Below are positions 7,849 through 15,890 of a DNA stretch of 25,815 bases, piece after piece. Below the pieces are notes generated by a model. The model saw only the letters and a list, made by a program, of their open reading frames with translations. It was not told the origin of the DNA and did not search any database. The translations under genes were made by a program, and so were the position numbers. This DNA is from Deltaproteobacteria bacterium (GTDB taxonomy: Bacteria; Myxococcota; Myxococcia; SLRQ01): contig SKWY01000161.1 of the NCBI GenBank assembly GCA_007128675.1, positions 1 through 25,815 of the forward strand, given 5' to 3'. The number at the start of each line of letters is the position of its first letter. The stretch's first letter is position 1.

Positions 7849-10800
7849 GGTCGAGTTCGGGGCCCAGTTCGCTCTGTTCAGTCAGACCGTTGAGAGCGCT
7901 CTAGCCCTATGTGACGAGCCTGACAAGTGCGACGAGCAGCTCTCGCGGGTGCTGGTGACCTTGGAGGAGCTGGAGAGCCGCTTTTCCGACTTCGATGAGT
8001 TCGCGGAGCAGCTGACGGAGAAGCGCGAAGAGGTCTATGAGGCGTTCACGGGCCGAAAGCAGCAGCTACGAGAGGGGCGGCAGCGCCGAGCCGCGAATCT
8101 TGTCGTGGCGGCTGACAGGATATTCCAAGGGATTGAGCGGCGAGCCGGAACCTTCAAGGATCAGGATGAGCTGAACGGCTTCTTCGCTTCGGATCCGATG
8201 GTTCATCGCTTGAGAGGGCTCGTGGGGCAGCTGCGTGAGCTCGATGATCCGGTAAAGGCGGACGAGATCGAGGGACGCTTGCAGTCTGCCAGACAGGATG
8301 CGCTGCGAACGCAGCGCGATAGGGCGGATCTCTTCGAGGAAGGGCAGGCCGTCGTTCGTCTGGGAAGACACAGGTTCAATGTTTCCACCGAGCAGGTCGA
8401 GTTGACCTTGGTGCCTAGAGGCGAGGAGATGATGCTCCATCTCTCGGGCACGGACTACTACGAGAAGCTCGAGGATCCCGAGCTGGAGGCCGCGCGGCAT
8501 CTTTGGCATCAGCAGTATGTATCCGAGTCCGAGGATGTCTATCGGGCCGAGTATCTTGCGGCCCAGATTCTGTTCACGGCCGAGGCGGCGCGGGAAGGGC
8601 TTTCCCTCGCCGGGTTGCACGAGGCCTACCGACAGGACGGCGGCCTGCTCGAGCTCACCCGTCAGTTCGCGGCCGATAGGTACGAGGAAGGCTACGAGCG
8701 AGGTGTTCACGACTCGGACGCCGCGCGAATTCTGGAGAAGCTTCTCGCAATGCGAGAGACGGTGGGCCTGCTTCGGTTCCCGCCGGAGCCCAGGGCGCTG
8801 GCATGTCTGTTCTGGGCGCTACACGAGGACGAGAACGAGCTGGGCAGCATCGCCCGAAGAGCCGGTAGCCTCGGTCGTCTCCGCAATGCCTTCTCACAGG
8901 AGGTGGGCCTCGCCGCGCTCGGTGATGAGCTCGGCCGCAGGATCGATGCATTCCTGGAGAAGGCGGGGATAGAGCACGGCCGCGGTGACGTGCTCCTCGC
9001 GGGACGTTACCTCGCCGAGGAGCTGACTCGCGAGAATCCTCGCTTCGTGGTGGGCCAGGACGCGGTGGTGTTGCAAGAGGCTTTGCTTCGCCACCTCGAA
9101 CAGCACGGGATGCGGACGGCTTTCGAGCAGGACCTCGACGCCCTTCGCCCGTCGCCTCGTCAGGTGCTAGAGCTATTGGTGGCTTGGCTCGAGGGGTTCG
9201 TGCAGAGCCGAGAAGGAAAGAAACACGCGGATAGGAGGGAGTCCATCCTGGCGGCGGCGGTGCTGTTCCTGACCGAGGGGCGTCTGGAAAGAGAGGTCTC
9301 GAGCGCGCGCACTCGGATGGAAATCGAAGGCCTTCTGGGTCAGCATCCGAGAGTGAGTTCGGGAAGGATCGAGGTCAGGCTCGAGGCCTTCTTGGAGCGT
9401 CTAGCTGAATTCATCGAGACGAGGGCTCCAGAGTACAGGGCATACCGAAAGGAGTCCGCCCTCATCCTCGAGCGTGAGCGCCAGCGCTTGAGGCTCGATG
9501 AGCTCAAGCCCAAGGTGCTCACCTCCTTCGTTAGGAACCAGCTCATAAACGACGTCTACCTTCCGCTGATTGGCGGCAATCTCGCCAAGCAGCTTGGCGC
9601 CGCCGGCGCTGATAGGCGGACGGACCAAAGCGGTCTTCTGCTTCTGATCTCGCCGCCCGGTTACGGCAAGACGACGCTGATGGAGTATGTCGCGAGCACT
9701 CTCGGGCTCATATTCGTCAAGGTCAACGGTCCTTCTCTTGGGCATGCCGTGACCTCCCTCGATCCGGCGGAGGCGCCCAACGCCACGGCTCGCCAAGAGG
9801 TGGAGAAGATCAATCTCGCTCTCGAGATGAGCAATAACGTCATGTTGTACCTGGACGATATTCAGCACACCCACTCCGAACTCTTGCAGAAGTTCATAAG
9901 CCTATGTGACGCGCAGCGGCGTGTCGAAGGTGTCTGGAAGGGGCGAACGCGGACATACGACATGCGCGGCAAGCGTTTCGCGGTGGTCATGGCTGGAAAC
10001 CCATATACGGAGGCGGGCGAGCGCTTCCAGCTTCCCGACATGCTCGCCAATCGAGCGGATACCTACAACCTCGGCGATATCCTGGAAGGAAAGGATCAGC
10101 TCTTTGCGCAAAGCTACATCGAGAACGCGCTCACATCGAACCCGGTGCTGAGGCCCTTGTCCGGAAGGGAGCCACGTGATGTGCGACTCTTCATTCGGAT
10201 GGCCAGGGGCGAGGAGATTCCGACCAGCGATCTCTCTCACAACTACTCGGCGGCCGAGATCGAGGAGATCCTCGCGGTTCTACGGCATCTGACGAAGGTC
10301 CAAGCGGTCTTACTCGAGGTGAACGCCCAGTACATTCGTTCGGCCAGTCAGGACGACAGGTATCGCACCGAGCCTCCATTCAAGCTGCAGGGCTCATACA
10401 GAAACATGGCCCGCATCGCGGAAAGAGTCGTCCCGGCCATGACGCCCGAGGAGGTCGAGCGATTGATAGACGATCACTACCTCGGAGAGTCCCAGACCTT
10501 GACCACGGGAGCGGAGCAGAATCTGTTGAAGCTCGCCAAGATGCGCGACCGAGTGAGCGAGGAGCAGGCCGAGCGCTGGGAGGAGATCAAGAGGGGCTTT
10601 GCTCGTCATCAGATCATGGGCTCCAGCGAGGAGGATCCGACCGTTCGAGCCCTCGGGCAGTTGGCCGCTCTCACCGAGCAGGTCAGTGCGCTACGCGATG
10701 TGGTGGCCTCCGCGGCAAAGGCCGGTCGCGTCGAGGCAAGGCAATCAAAGGATGTCGAGAAGAGCGAGAAGGCCGAAGCTCGTAAGAGGAGCCTCGAGGA

Positions 10801-11530
10801 GAGCGCCGAGCGCGAAGCCAAGGAGAGGCTCGAGGCCATGCGGATGCAGTCCGAGCTTCACCTAGAGGCATCCACAAAGGCAGCGCTACTGCAGGGAGAG
10901 CAGCAGGCCAAGGCCTTTGGAGAGGCGGCACGGGTTCAGGCGCACGCTCAGATGGAGGCGGCCAGGCTCCAGGTAGAGGCCAAGATGGAAGCGGCCAAGA
11001 CTCACGCTCGGGCTCAGGCGCAGATCCAATCGAGGCTCGCCGAGGTGCTCGTTCCGAGGCTCGAGTCTCTGGAGAAGGCATTGGCCAAGGTGGCCGAGTC
11101 CGCCGCCAAGGCATCGAAGGCCGCCGCCAAATCCAGCCCATCGGCGACAGGCGAGGCTCACTCTGCTGCAGCGGTTGATCTATCGCCCCTGATCGAAAAG
11201 CTCTCGGACACGCTCGAGGCCCTGGCCGACCGAAAGGTGGAGCTTCAGATTCCTCCGGATGCTTTCATGGGCCCGATGATGCCGCCGCTCGCGCTGTCAC
11301 AAGGTTCCATCGAATCGGGTTCGGCGCCGGGTGAGGGCGAGGAAGGCCAGCCGTTGGGTCCACCTGGTTATTCCCATCAGCTCCGGCTCATTCAGGATGC
11401 GCTCATGCCACTTCGCCAGTTGTCTCGTCGCCAGATCCGAGACGGCGAGGGGAAGATGAGTGCGATGCAGGTTTGGCGACAAGTGAACGAGGCCTTGCAG
11501 GTGGTCCAGGCGGCCGCATTTTGGAAATAG
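7718..11530 (+). CDS. Very large protein with a central MoxR-like AAA_5 ATPase domain and a C-terminal flotillin-like EA-repeat coiled coil
   Basis: 1270-aa ORF. Walker A is LLISPPGYGKTTL (~9645-9676). Walker B is VMLYLDDIQH (~9840-9869). There is a helix-2-insert-like segment. Sensor-1 is FAVVMAGNPYTE (~9984-10013). An Arg-finger-like LANRADTYNLGD follows. The C-terminus has AEA-rich repeats. The GTG start at 7718 lies immediately after an in-frame TAG, with no convincing SD. Confidence 0.75.
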   Translation: MDSRSAIRRRVQILQDVSEVFSLLNRVRATLANRRQDLLGREGRVEFGAQFALFSQTVESALALCDEPDKCDEQLSRVLVTLEELESRFSDFDEFAEQLTEKREEVYEAFTGRKQQLREGRQRRAANLVVAADRIFQGIERRAGTFKDQDELNGFFASDPMVHRLRGLVGQLRELDDPVKADEIEGRLQSARQDALRTQRDRADLFEEGQAVVRLGRHRFNVSTEQVELTLVPRGEEMMLHLSGTDYYEKLEDPELEAARHLWHQQYVSESEDVYRAEYLAAQILFTAEAAREGLSLAGLHEAYRQDGGLLELTRQFAADRYEEGYERGVHDSDAARILEKLLAMRETVGLLRFPPEPRALACLFWALHEDENELGSIARRAGSLGRLRNAFSQEVGLAALGDELGRRIDAFLEKAGIEHGRGDVLLAGRYLAEELTRENPRFVVGQDAVVLQEALLRHLEQHGMRTAFEQDLDALRPSPRQVLELLVAWLEGFVQSREGKKHADRRESILAAAVLFLTEGRLEREVSSARTRMEIEGLLGQHPRVSSGRIEVRLEAFLERLAEFIETRAPEYRAYRKESALILERERQRLRLDELKPKVLTSFVRNQLINDVYLPLIGGNLAKQLGAAGADRRTDQSGLLLLISPPGYGKTTLMEYVASTLGLIFVKVNGPSLGHAVTSLDPAEAPNATARQEVEKINLALEMSNNVMLYLDDIQHTHSELLQKFISLCDAQRRVEGVWKGRTRTYDMRGKRFAVVMAGNPYTEAGERFQLPDMLANRADTYNLGDILEGKDQLFAQSYIENALTSNPVLRPLSGREPRDVRLFIRMARGEEIPTSDLSHNYSAAEIEEILAVLRHLTKVQAVLLEVNAQYIRSASQDDRYRTEPPFKLQGSYRNMARIAERVVPAMTPEEVERLIDDHYLGESQTLTTGAEQNLLKLAKMRDRVSEEQAERWEEIKRGFARHQIMGSSEEDPTVRALGQLAALTEQVSALRDVVASAAKAGRVEARQSKDVEKSEKAEARKRSLEESAEREAKERLEAMRMQSELHLEASTKAALLQGEQQAKAFGEAARVQAHAQMEAARLQVEAKMEAAKTHARAQAQIQSRLAEVLVPRLESLEKALAKVAESAAKASKAAAKSSPSATGEAHSAAAVDLSPLIEKLSDTLEALADRKVELQIPPDAFMGPMMPPLALSQGSIESGSAPGEGEEGQPLGPPGYSHQLRLIQDALMPLRQLSRRQIRDGEGKMSAMQVWRQVNEALQVVQAAAFWK
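9600..10150 (+). other. AAA_5 (MoxR/dynein-related) ATPase core within CDS 7718..11530 (approximate bounds)
   Basis: The motif order is Walker A, Walker B (hhhhDD), an insertion, then a sensor-1 containing the NP dipeptide, then a conserved Arg. This is the order typical of the MoxR/AAA_5 clade. Confidence 0.65.
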
Positions 11531-11631
11531 AGATCCATCCCCGTTGTGGAGGCGTTCTTGGGACGGTAGGGCTCAGAGGCCCCGGCTCATCATCTCTTCG
11601 CGGGACGTGAAGAGCCCTGTATCATGAGCGT

Positions 11632-12417
11632 ATGAACACGAGCGAGACGCGGGTGAATCTCGAGCTAGCCATGGACGTGGCGCGAAGGGCCGTGAAGTCG
11701 GCTGGGGACGCGGCGCTTCGTCACTTTGGGGCCAATATCTCTATTGAGCGAAAGGCCGATAGATCGCCGGTCACGGCGGCGGATCGAGAGGCCGAGGCCG
11801 CCACTCTCCAGGTAATCAGGGCCGCCTTTCCCGATCATTCGATTCTCGGTGAGGAGACGGGCGAGCATGCCGGGAGCTCGGCTGCTCGCTGGATCATCGA
11901 TCCCATAGATGGAACGAAGGGCTTCACCAGGGGAGGGTCGCTTTGGGGACCATTGGTCGCGTTGGAAATCGAAGGCGAGGTCCTGGCAGGCGCCATCGCC
12001 CTGCCTGCGCTAAAAAAGACTTACTACGCGGCTCGTGGTCTCGGAGCCTTCCGCGATGGTAGGCCTCTTCGCGTCTCGAGCGTCGAAGATTGGAGCGAGG
12101 CCACATTGAGTCTTGGCGAGATTCAGAACCTTCTTGCTGTGCCGTACCGTGAGCAGGTCATCAACCTCATCTCCAGCGCTTCGGCCACGCGTTGCGAAGG
12201 TGATCTCGCCTCATGCGCAATGCTCCTGGAGGGGCGAGCGGACGTTTGGCTCGAGGCAGGAGTTCGGATCTGGGATCTCGCTCCCCTCAAGGTATTGGTC
12301 GAGGAGGCCGGAGGGCGCTTCACCAGCTTCTCCGGCGAAGAAGTAGTCGACGAGGCCTCCGCGGTTGCAACCAACGGCCGCATTCACGATCACGTGCTGG
12401 CCGTGTTGTCCGGCTGA
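11632..12417 (+). CDS. Inositol monophosphatase family protein (SuhB/HisN-like phosphatase)
   Basis: 261 aa. It carries the IMPase signature WIIDPIDGTKGF, a TAAD motif, and the fold-typical EETGE metal-binding region. Confidence 0.85.
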   Translation: MNTSETRVNLELAMDVARRAVKSAGDAALRHFGANISIERKADRSPVTAADREAEAATLQVIRAAFPDHSILGEETGEHAGSSAARWIIDPIDGTKGFTRGGSLWGPLVALEIEGEVLAGAIALPALKKTYYAARGLGAFRDGRPLRVSSVEDWSEATLSLGEIQNLLAVPYREQVINLISSASATRCEGDLASCAMLLEGRADVWLEAGVRIWDLAPLKVLVEEAGGRFTSFSGEEVVDEASAVATNGRIHDHVLAVLSG

Positions 12418-12537
12418 TGACCGGGCTGATCGATGTGTCTGATGGAGAGGGCGGGTGATTGGCGGACCGCCAGAGGCGAGGACCTGCTAGGACACCGAGG
12501 TTTTTATCGAAGTCACGCCAACGGAGGTGCTATACCG

Positions 12538-13536
12538 ATGAGCATGAAATCGCGAGCCGCTTTGACACTGTGCTTTCTCATGATCGCTGTTGCTCTGTTT
12601 TCCTGCTCGAGGCCTGACGCCGTCACTAGGCCCGACGAGCTTCCCGAGGCGGAGGCTGCCCCGGCGGAACCGGAGGCACAGCCCGAGGCAGCCCCCGAGA
12701 CCGACGAGATAGCTCTGGGGCGAGAGCTGATCGACGCGGGAGCCGAGCCGAGAGAGCTTCTCTCCTACGATCTCGAACCTCACGTGTCTCGCTTCTGGTA
12801 TCGCATGCGTGTCGAGCTCACGGTGGATGACGAATCACCCGATGTTCCCGAGATGGGTTTTCTCTATCTCTGGTCGGTCACCCCATGCGAGACGAGCGAG
12901 GGTCACGCCAGGGTGGAGGTAGAGATTGAAGATGTGGAGATAGATACTTCGGCTCTCGCGGAAACGATGACTCCCGAGATGTTGGAATTCATGGAGGAGC
13001 AGTTTCGAGAGATGGTCGGTCCAGTAGGCGTCATCGAGCTTGATGAGGAAAGAAACGTGGTCTCTGTCGAGATGACGGCGCAGGCTCGCAGGGACTCACT
13101 CATAGATGTCGCCGAGATGATCAATCAGCTCGCCCATCAAGTGCCCACGCCCCCACTCGAGCCGGTAGGTGTTGGAGCCAGGTGGTCGATGACACTGGAG
13201 ACTGTTCAGCAGAGCATGCCCGTGGTCATGAAGGTCGACGAGACCTTGGTCGAGCGCGAGGGAAGCCGGGTTCGTATCGACCAAGAGTACTCGTTGGTTG
13301 GAACGGCTGATGGCGCCGTGGTGTCTGGCGCCGCTCTTCTGGAAGACTACCAGATGAACGGATCCGGCCAGATCTCGATGGATATGAAGACCCTGTCCTT
13401 GACCAGCGAGAGCCACATGAGAATGGAGAACCGAATGCGGATGCGTCCAGCAAGCGGAGTGGGGGGGCAGCCCGAGCCTGGCGATTTTGTGGATGTAATA
13501 ATGCTGCTCGAGATAGTGATGATACCGGTGGAGTGA
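12538..13536 (+). CDS. Hypothetical lipoprotein with an acidic Pro/Glu/Ala-rich N-terminal linker
   Basis: The track ORF begins at 12433. The in-frame ATG at 12538 is preceded by GGAGGTG (12523-12529). It opens a signal peptide MSMKSRAALTLCFLMIAVALFSC with a lipobox-like LFSC. Confidence 0.6.
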   Translation: MSMKSRAALTLCFLMIAVALFSCSRPDAVTRPDELPEAEAAPAEPEAQPEAAPETDEIALGRELIDAGAEPRELLSYDLEPHVSRFWYRMRVELTVDDESPDVPEMGFLYLWSVTPCETSEGHARVEVEIEDVEIDTSALAETMTPEMLEFMEEQFREMVGPVGVIELDEERNVVSVEMTAQARRDSLIDVAEMINQLAHQVPTPPLEPVGVGARWSMTLETVQQSMPVVMKVDETLVEREGSRVRIDQEYSLVGTADGAVVSGAALLEDYQMNGSGQISMDMKTLSLTSESHMRMENRMRMRPASGVGGQPEPGDFVDVIMLLEIVMIPVE

Positions 13537-13730
13537 TTGGGGCTGCCGATATCGCCGTCTTGCTTCGCGAGGCCCCGTCGTCATGGGGAGGACCGCGGGG
13601 GATCTGGATGAATCTTGGATGGGCTGCGTTATTGCCGGGCCCTCGAGCGCGAGCGGGCCGCCTGCAAATCGGTCCCGATAGGCGCGAATACGTATGCCGC
13701 CTCGCCCTCGGGAACTAGTAGTCTCGTCGT

Positions 13731-13738
13731 TGTCGACA
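13731..13738. promoter_or_regulatory. TGTCGACA perfect palindrome 28 nt upstream of the blaI-like start. Candidate autoregulatory operator overlapping a -35-like TTGTCG/TCGACA.
   Basis: Seen directly at 13731-13738. An extended -10-like TGcTAACTT lies at 13751-13759. The ATG is at 13766. Confidence 0.3.
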
Positions 13739-13765
13739 TGGGATCGATTGTGCTAACTTCTTGGC

Positions 13766-14242
13766 ATGTCTGATGGAAAAGAGAGCCCCTCAACGGCCGG
13801 TTTGAGCCGCCGGACAAGACAGATCCTGGAGGTAGTCTACCGGCTCGAGCGCGCTACGGCGGCGGAGATTCAGCAAGCTCTTCCCGATCCGCCTAGCTAC
13901 TCCGCGGTTAGAACGCACCTTCGGATTCTGGAGGAGAGGGGCCATTTGACCCATGTCTCCGAGGGGCCTCGATATGTCTACACTCCCAAGGTTCCTCGCG
14001 AACGAGCCTCTCGCGGAGCCATTCGCCACTTGGTGGATACCTTTTTCGAGGGCTCCGTTGCTCACGCGGTGGCCGCGCTCTTGGACACCTCGAGCTCGAA
14101 GCTATCGCCCGAGGACGTGGAGCATCTGAAGGTTCTCATCGAGGATGCGAGAAAGGAATCTGCTTCACGGTCCCAAGATGCCGCCGCGCGACCTGCGAGA
14201 AGCCGCCGCGGCGCATCGAAACGTAAGGGGGAAGGCAAGTGA
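13766..14242 (+). CDS. BlaI/MecI/CopY-family (penicillinase-repressor-type) winged-helix transcriptional repressor
   Basis: 158 aa. The N-terminal wHTH pattern is RQILEVVYRLERATAAEIQQAL...SAVRTHLRILEERGHL. A C-terminal dimerisation helix follows. An M56 BlaR1-like peptidase gene overlaps its stop (GTGA at 14239-14242). Confidence 0.8.
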   Translation: MSDGKESPSTAGLSRRTRQILEVVYRLERATAAEIQQALPDPPSYSAVRTHLRILEERGHLTHVSEGPRYVYTPKVPRERASRGAIRHLVDTFFEGSVAHAVAALLDTSSSKLSPEDVEHLKVLIEDARKESASRSQDAAARPARSRRGASKRKGEGK

Positions 14243-15444
14243 GTCTATTGCTCGAGTCCACCATTAGGTGGTCGGTGCTTCTCCTGCTCGTCTTTGCGTT
14301 TTGTTTTTTTTGGCGAGGTTCCGCGGCCGTAAGGCACCTCGCCTGGACCTTTGGCGCCGTAACCGGTCTGCTCTTTGTCGTGATCGGGTTGCTTGGACCG
14401 ACCTGGACCCTGACTCTGCCATGGTTGCAGGCTGCCGCGGCCGATCCCGTCGTGACCACCAAGGCTTCCTCGTCCTCGTCGGGGGCCCCGGTCGCTGCCG
14501 CATTCTTTTGGCCGAACCTTCTTCTCCTAGGCTGGCTGCTGGGATCGCTCTTGCTGATGGGTTGGACCTTGCTCGGGGTCGCCCTCTCCGCGCTTCTCTT
14601 GCGGGAGGCGACCGAAGTCCGAAGGCCCCTTCCCGATGTCGCGGAAGGCATTTGCGTGCGCTCGAGCAGCCGGGTCTCAGGCCCGGTCACAGTGGGGTTG
14701 TTGCGACCTGTGATAGTAGTGCCAAAACGCGCCTTGTCATGGACGCCGGTTCGTTGGGATGCGGCGCTGGCTCATGAGGCGGCCCATGTGCGGCGCAAGG
14801 ATGTCCTGATACGGTGCCTTGGCGCGCTCGTCCGGGCCGTTCATTGGCCAAACCCCTTGGCATGGGTGATGCTCTCGCGCATTCGTCACGAGGCCGAGAT
14901 GGCCGCCGACGAGTCGGTCTTGGGCTTGGGTGTAAGGCCGGCCGATTACGCCGAGTTGCTTCTCGAGGAGAACGATTACCTGGGCCGTGGCCTTGGACCG
15001 CTGGTCTCCGTCTCCATGAATCGAGGAGATCTCTCCCGTCGAATCAAATGGGTGCTTGGAAGATCGCGGCGGGCTCCGCCGCCCCGTGGATACGTTGCCA
15101 TTGGCGCCCTGTTGGCAATGTTTTTCGCAGTTCCCGCGGCGATCGTCACCTTCGTACCTCCCGAAGCCGAGCCGGCCGAAACAGCCGGCGCGGCAGGTGA
15201 TGGCGCCGATTCATCTGCGGTCGCGTCGGCTCCACGGACCATTCACGCCCGCGTGGGAGATCTTATTTCGGAGCGCTTCGATGGCATCTCCAGGATTGCC
15301 ATATCCAACCCCTCGAGCCTCGACGTTCGGCATCCAGTGGATGGCGAGATCGTAATGGAGGCGCTGGCCCCCGGTGATTCCAGCGTCCTGATTTGGCTTG
15401 GGGGGCAGGAGCCGGCCGAGAGGCTGATCGTCGAGGTCGAGTAG
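14239..15444 (+). CDS. BlaR1/MecR1-like peptidase M56 signal transducer with a noncanonical C-terminal secretin/pilus-N-like sensor domain
   Basis: 401 aa. It has N-terminal TM helices. The zinc motif is HEAAH (AHEAAHVRRKD) with a downstream EMAADES Glu. A final TM helix comes next. Then there is a ~100-aa extracellular tail (RIAISNPSSLDVRHPVDGEIVMEALAPGDSSVLIWL) instead of a penicillin-binding domain. Confidence 0.8.
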   Translation: MSLLLESTIRWSVLLLLVFAFCFFWRGSAAVRHLAWTFGAVTGLLFVVIGLLGPTWTLTLPWLQAAAADPVVTTKASSSSSGAPVAAAFFWPNLLLLGWLLGSLLLMGWTLLGVALSALLLREATEVRRPLPDVAEGICVRSSSRVSGPVTVGLLRPVIVVPKRALSWTPVRWDAALAHEAAHVRRKDVLIRCLGALVRAVHWPNPLAWVMLSRIRHEAEMAADESVLGLGVRPADYAELLLEENDYLGRGLGPLVSVSMNRGDLSRRIKWVLGRSRRAPPPRGYVAIGALLAMFFAVPAAIVTFVPPEAEPAETAGAAGDGADSSAVASAPRTIHARVGDLISERFDGISRIAISNPSSLDVRHPVDGEIVMEALAPGDSSVLIWLGGQEPAERLIVEVE

Positions 15445-15458
15445 GAGGACACATCTAC

Positions 15459-15818
15459 TCATCCATCCGTCACGGTCACGTGAACGGACACCTTGGAGTC
15501 GTCGGGAAGCCATATTAGGACGCTGGCCTCGCCGGAGGACAAGCCCTTCAGGAGCACGTGCCCCGAAGAGTCCACACGAGTGTCCAATGTGTCCGGATTG
15601 CTGATGGCTACTCGGGTCACGGGCCCGTAATCGAGGCTCACCTCTTCACCCACCACGAGCACCACGGTATCCATGGCCTCTCTATCATGCCGCTCATCAG
15701 CGCCGGCGCTGTGACCAACGAGGCCGGCGAGCAGAAGGCTGCTCACCAAGATGATCAGGCGGATGGCGCCTGGCCGTAATACTCGCAAACTCTCTCTCTT
15801 GCCTTTTCGGTCGTTCAT
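15459..15818 (-). CDS. Small secreted protein carrying a pilus-formation/secretin N-terminal-like beta domain (paralogous to the BlaR1-like C-terminal domain)
   Basis: 119 aa. The signal peptide is RLIILVSSLLLAGLVGHSAGA. The domain is VSLDYGPVTRVAISNPDTLDTRVDSSGHVLLKGLSSGEASVLIWLPDDSKVSVHVTV. The gene is convergent with the M56 gene and separated from it by 14 bp. Confidence 0.6.
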   Translation of the reverse strand: MNDRKGKRESLRVLRPGAIRLIILVSSLLLAGLVGHSAGADERHDREAMDTVVLVVGEEVSLDYGPVTRVAISNPDTLDTRVDSSGHVLLKGLSSGEASVLIWLPDDSKVSVHVTVTDG

Positions 15819-15890
15819 CTCGTCTCTCCCTGTGGGGTTGTCGTTGGTCTTCTTGGGGTCAGCCTCAATAAGAAAGCTCGATTGGCGGAG

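Noticed and set aside
2858-11530. The flotillin + giant AAA+ ATPase cluster matching a named antiphage defence system (BREX, Zorya, Wadjet, Lamassu, and so on)
   Set aside because: The ATPase is AAA_5/MoxR-type. It is not an SMC/ABC or BrxC-type P-loop protein. No nuclease, methylase or toprim partner is present. I could not match the gene content to any named system, so I describe it as uncharacterised rather than asserting a defence role.
11531-11631. Terminator after the 1270-aa gene
   Set aside because: No convincing GC-rich stem followed by a T-tract could be found in the 100-bp spacer. Only short 4-5-bp complementary runs are present.
12433-12537. Upstream extension of the lipoprotein ORF (start at 12433, MCLMERAGDWRT…)
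   Set aside because: The in-frame ATG at 12538 has a near-perfect GGAGGTG SD and immediately opens a signal peptide and lipobox. The extension is not hydrophobic and lacks an RBS.
15437-15459. Hairpin GAGTAG…CTACTC between the convergent M56 and small-protein genes as a bidirectional terminator
   Set aside because: It is only a 6-bp stem with a 10-nt loop. It overlaps both stop regions. It has no flanking T-tract, so it is too weak to call.
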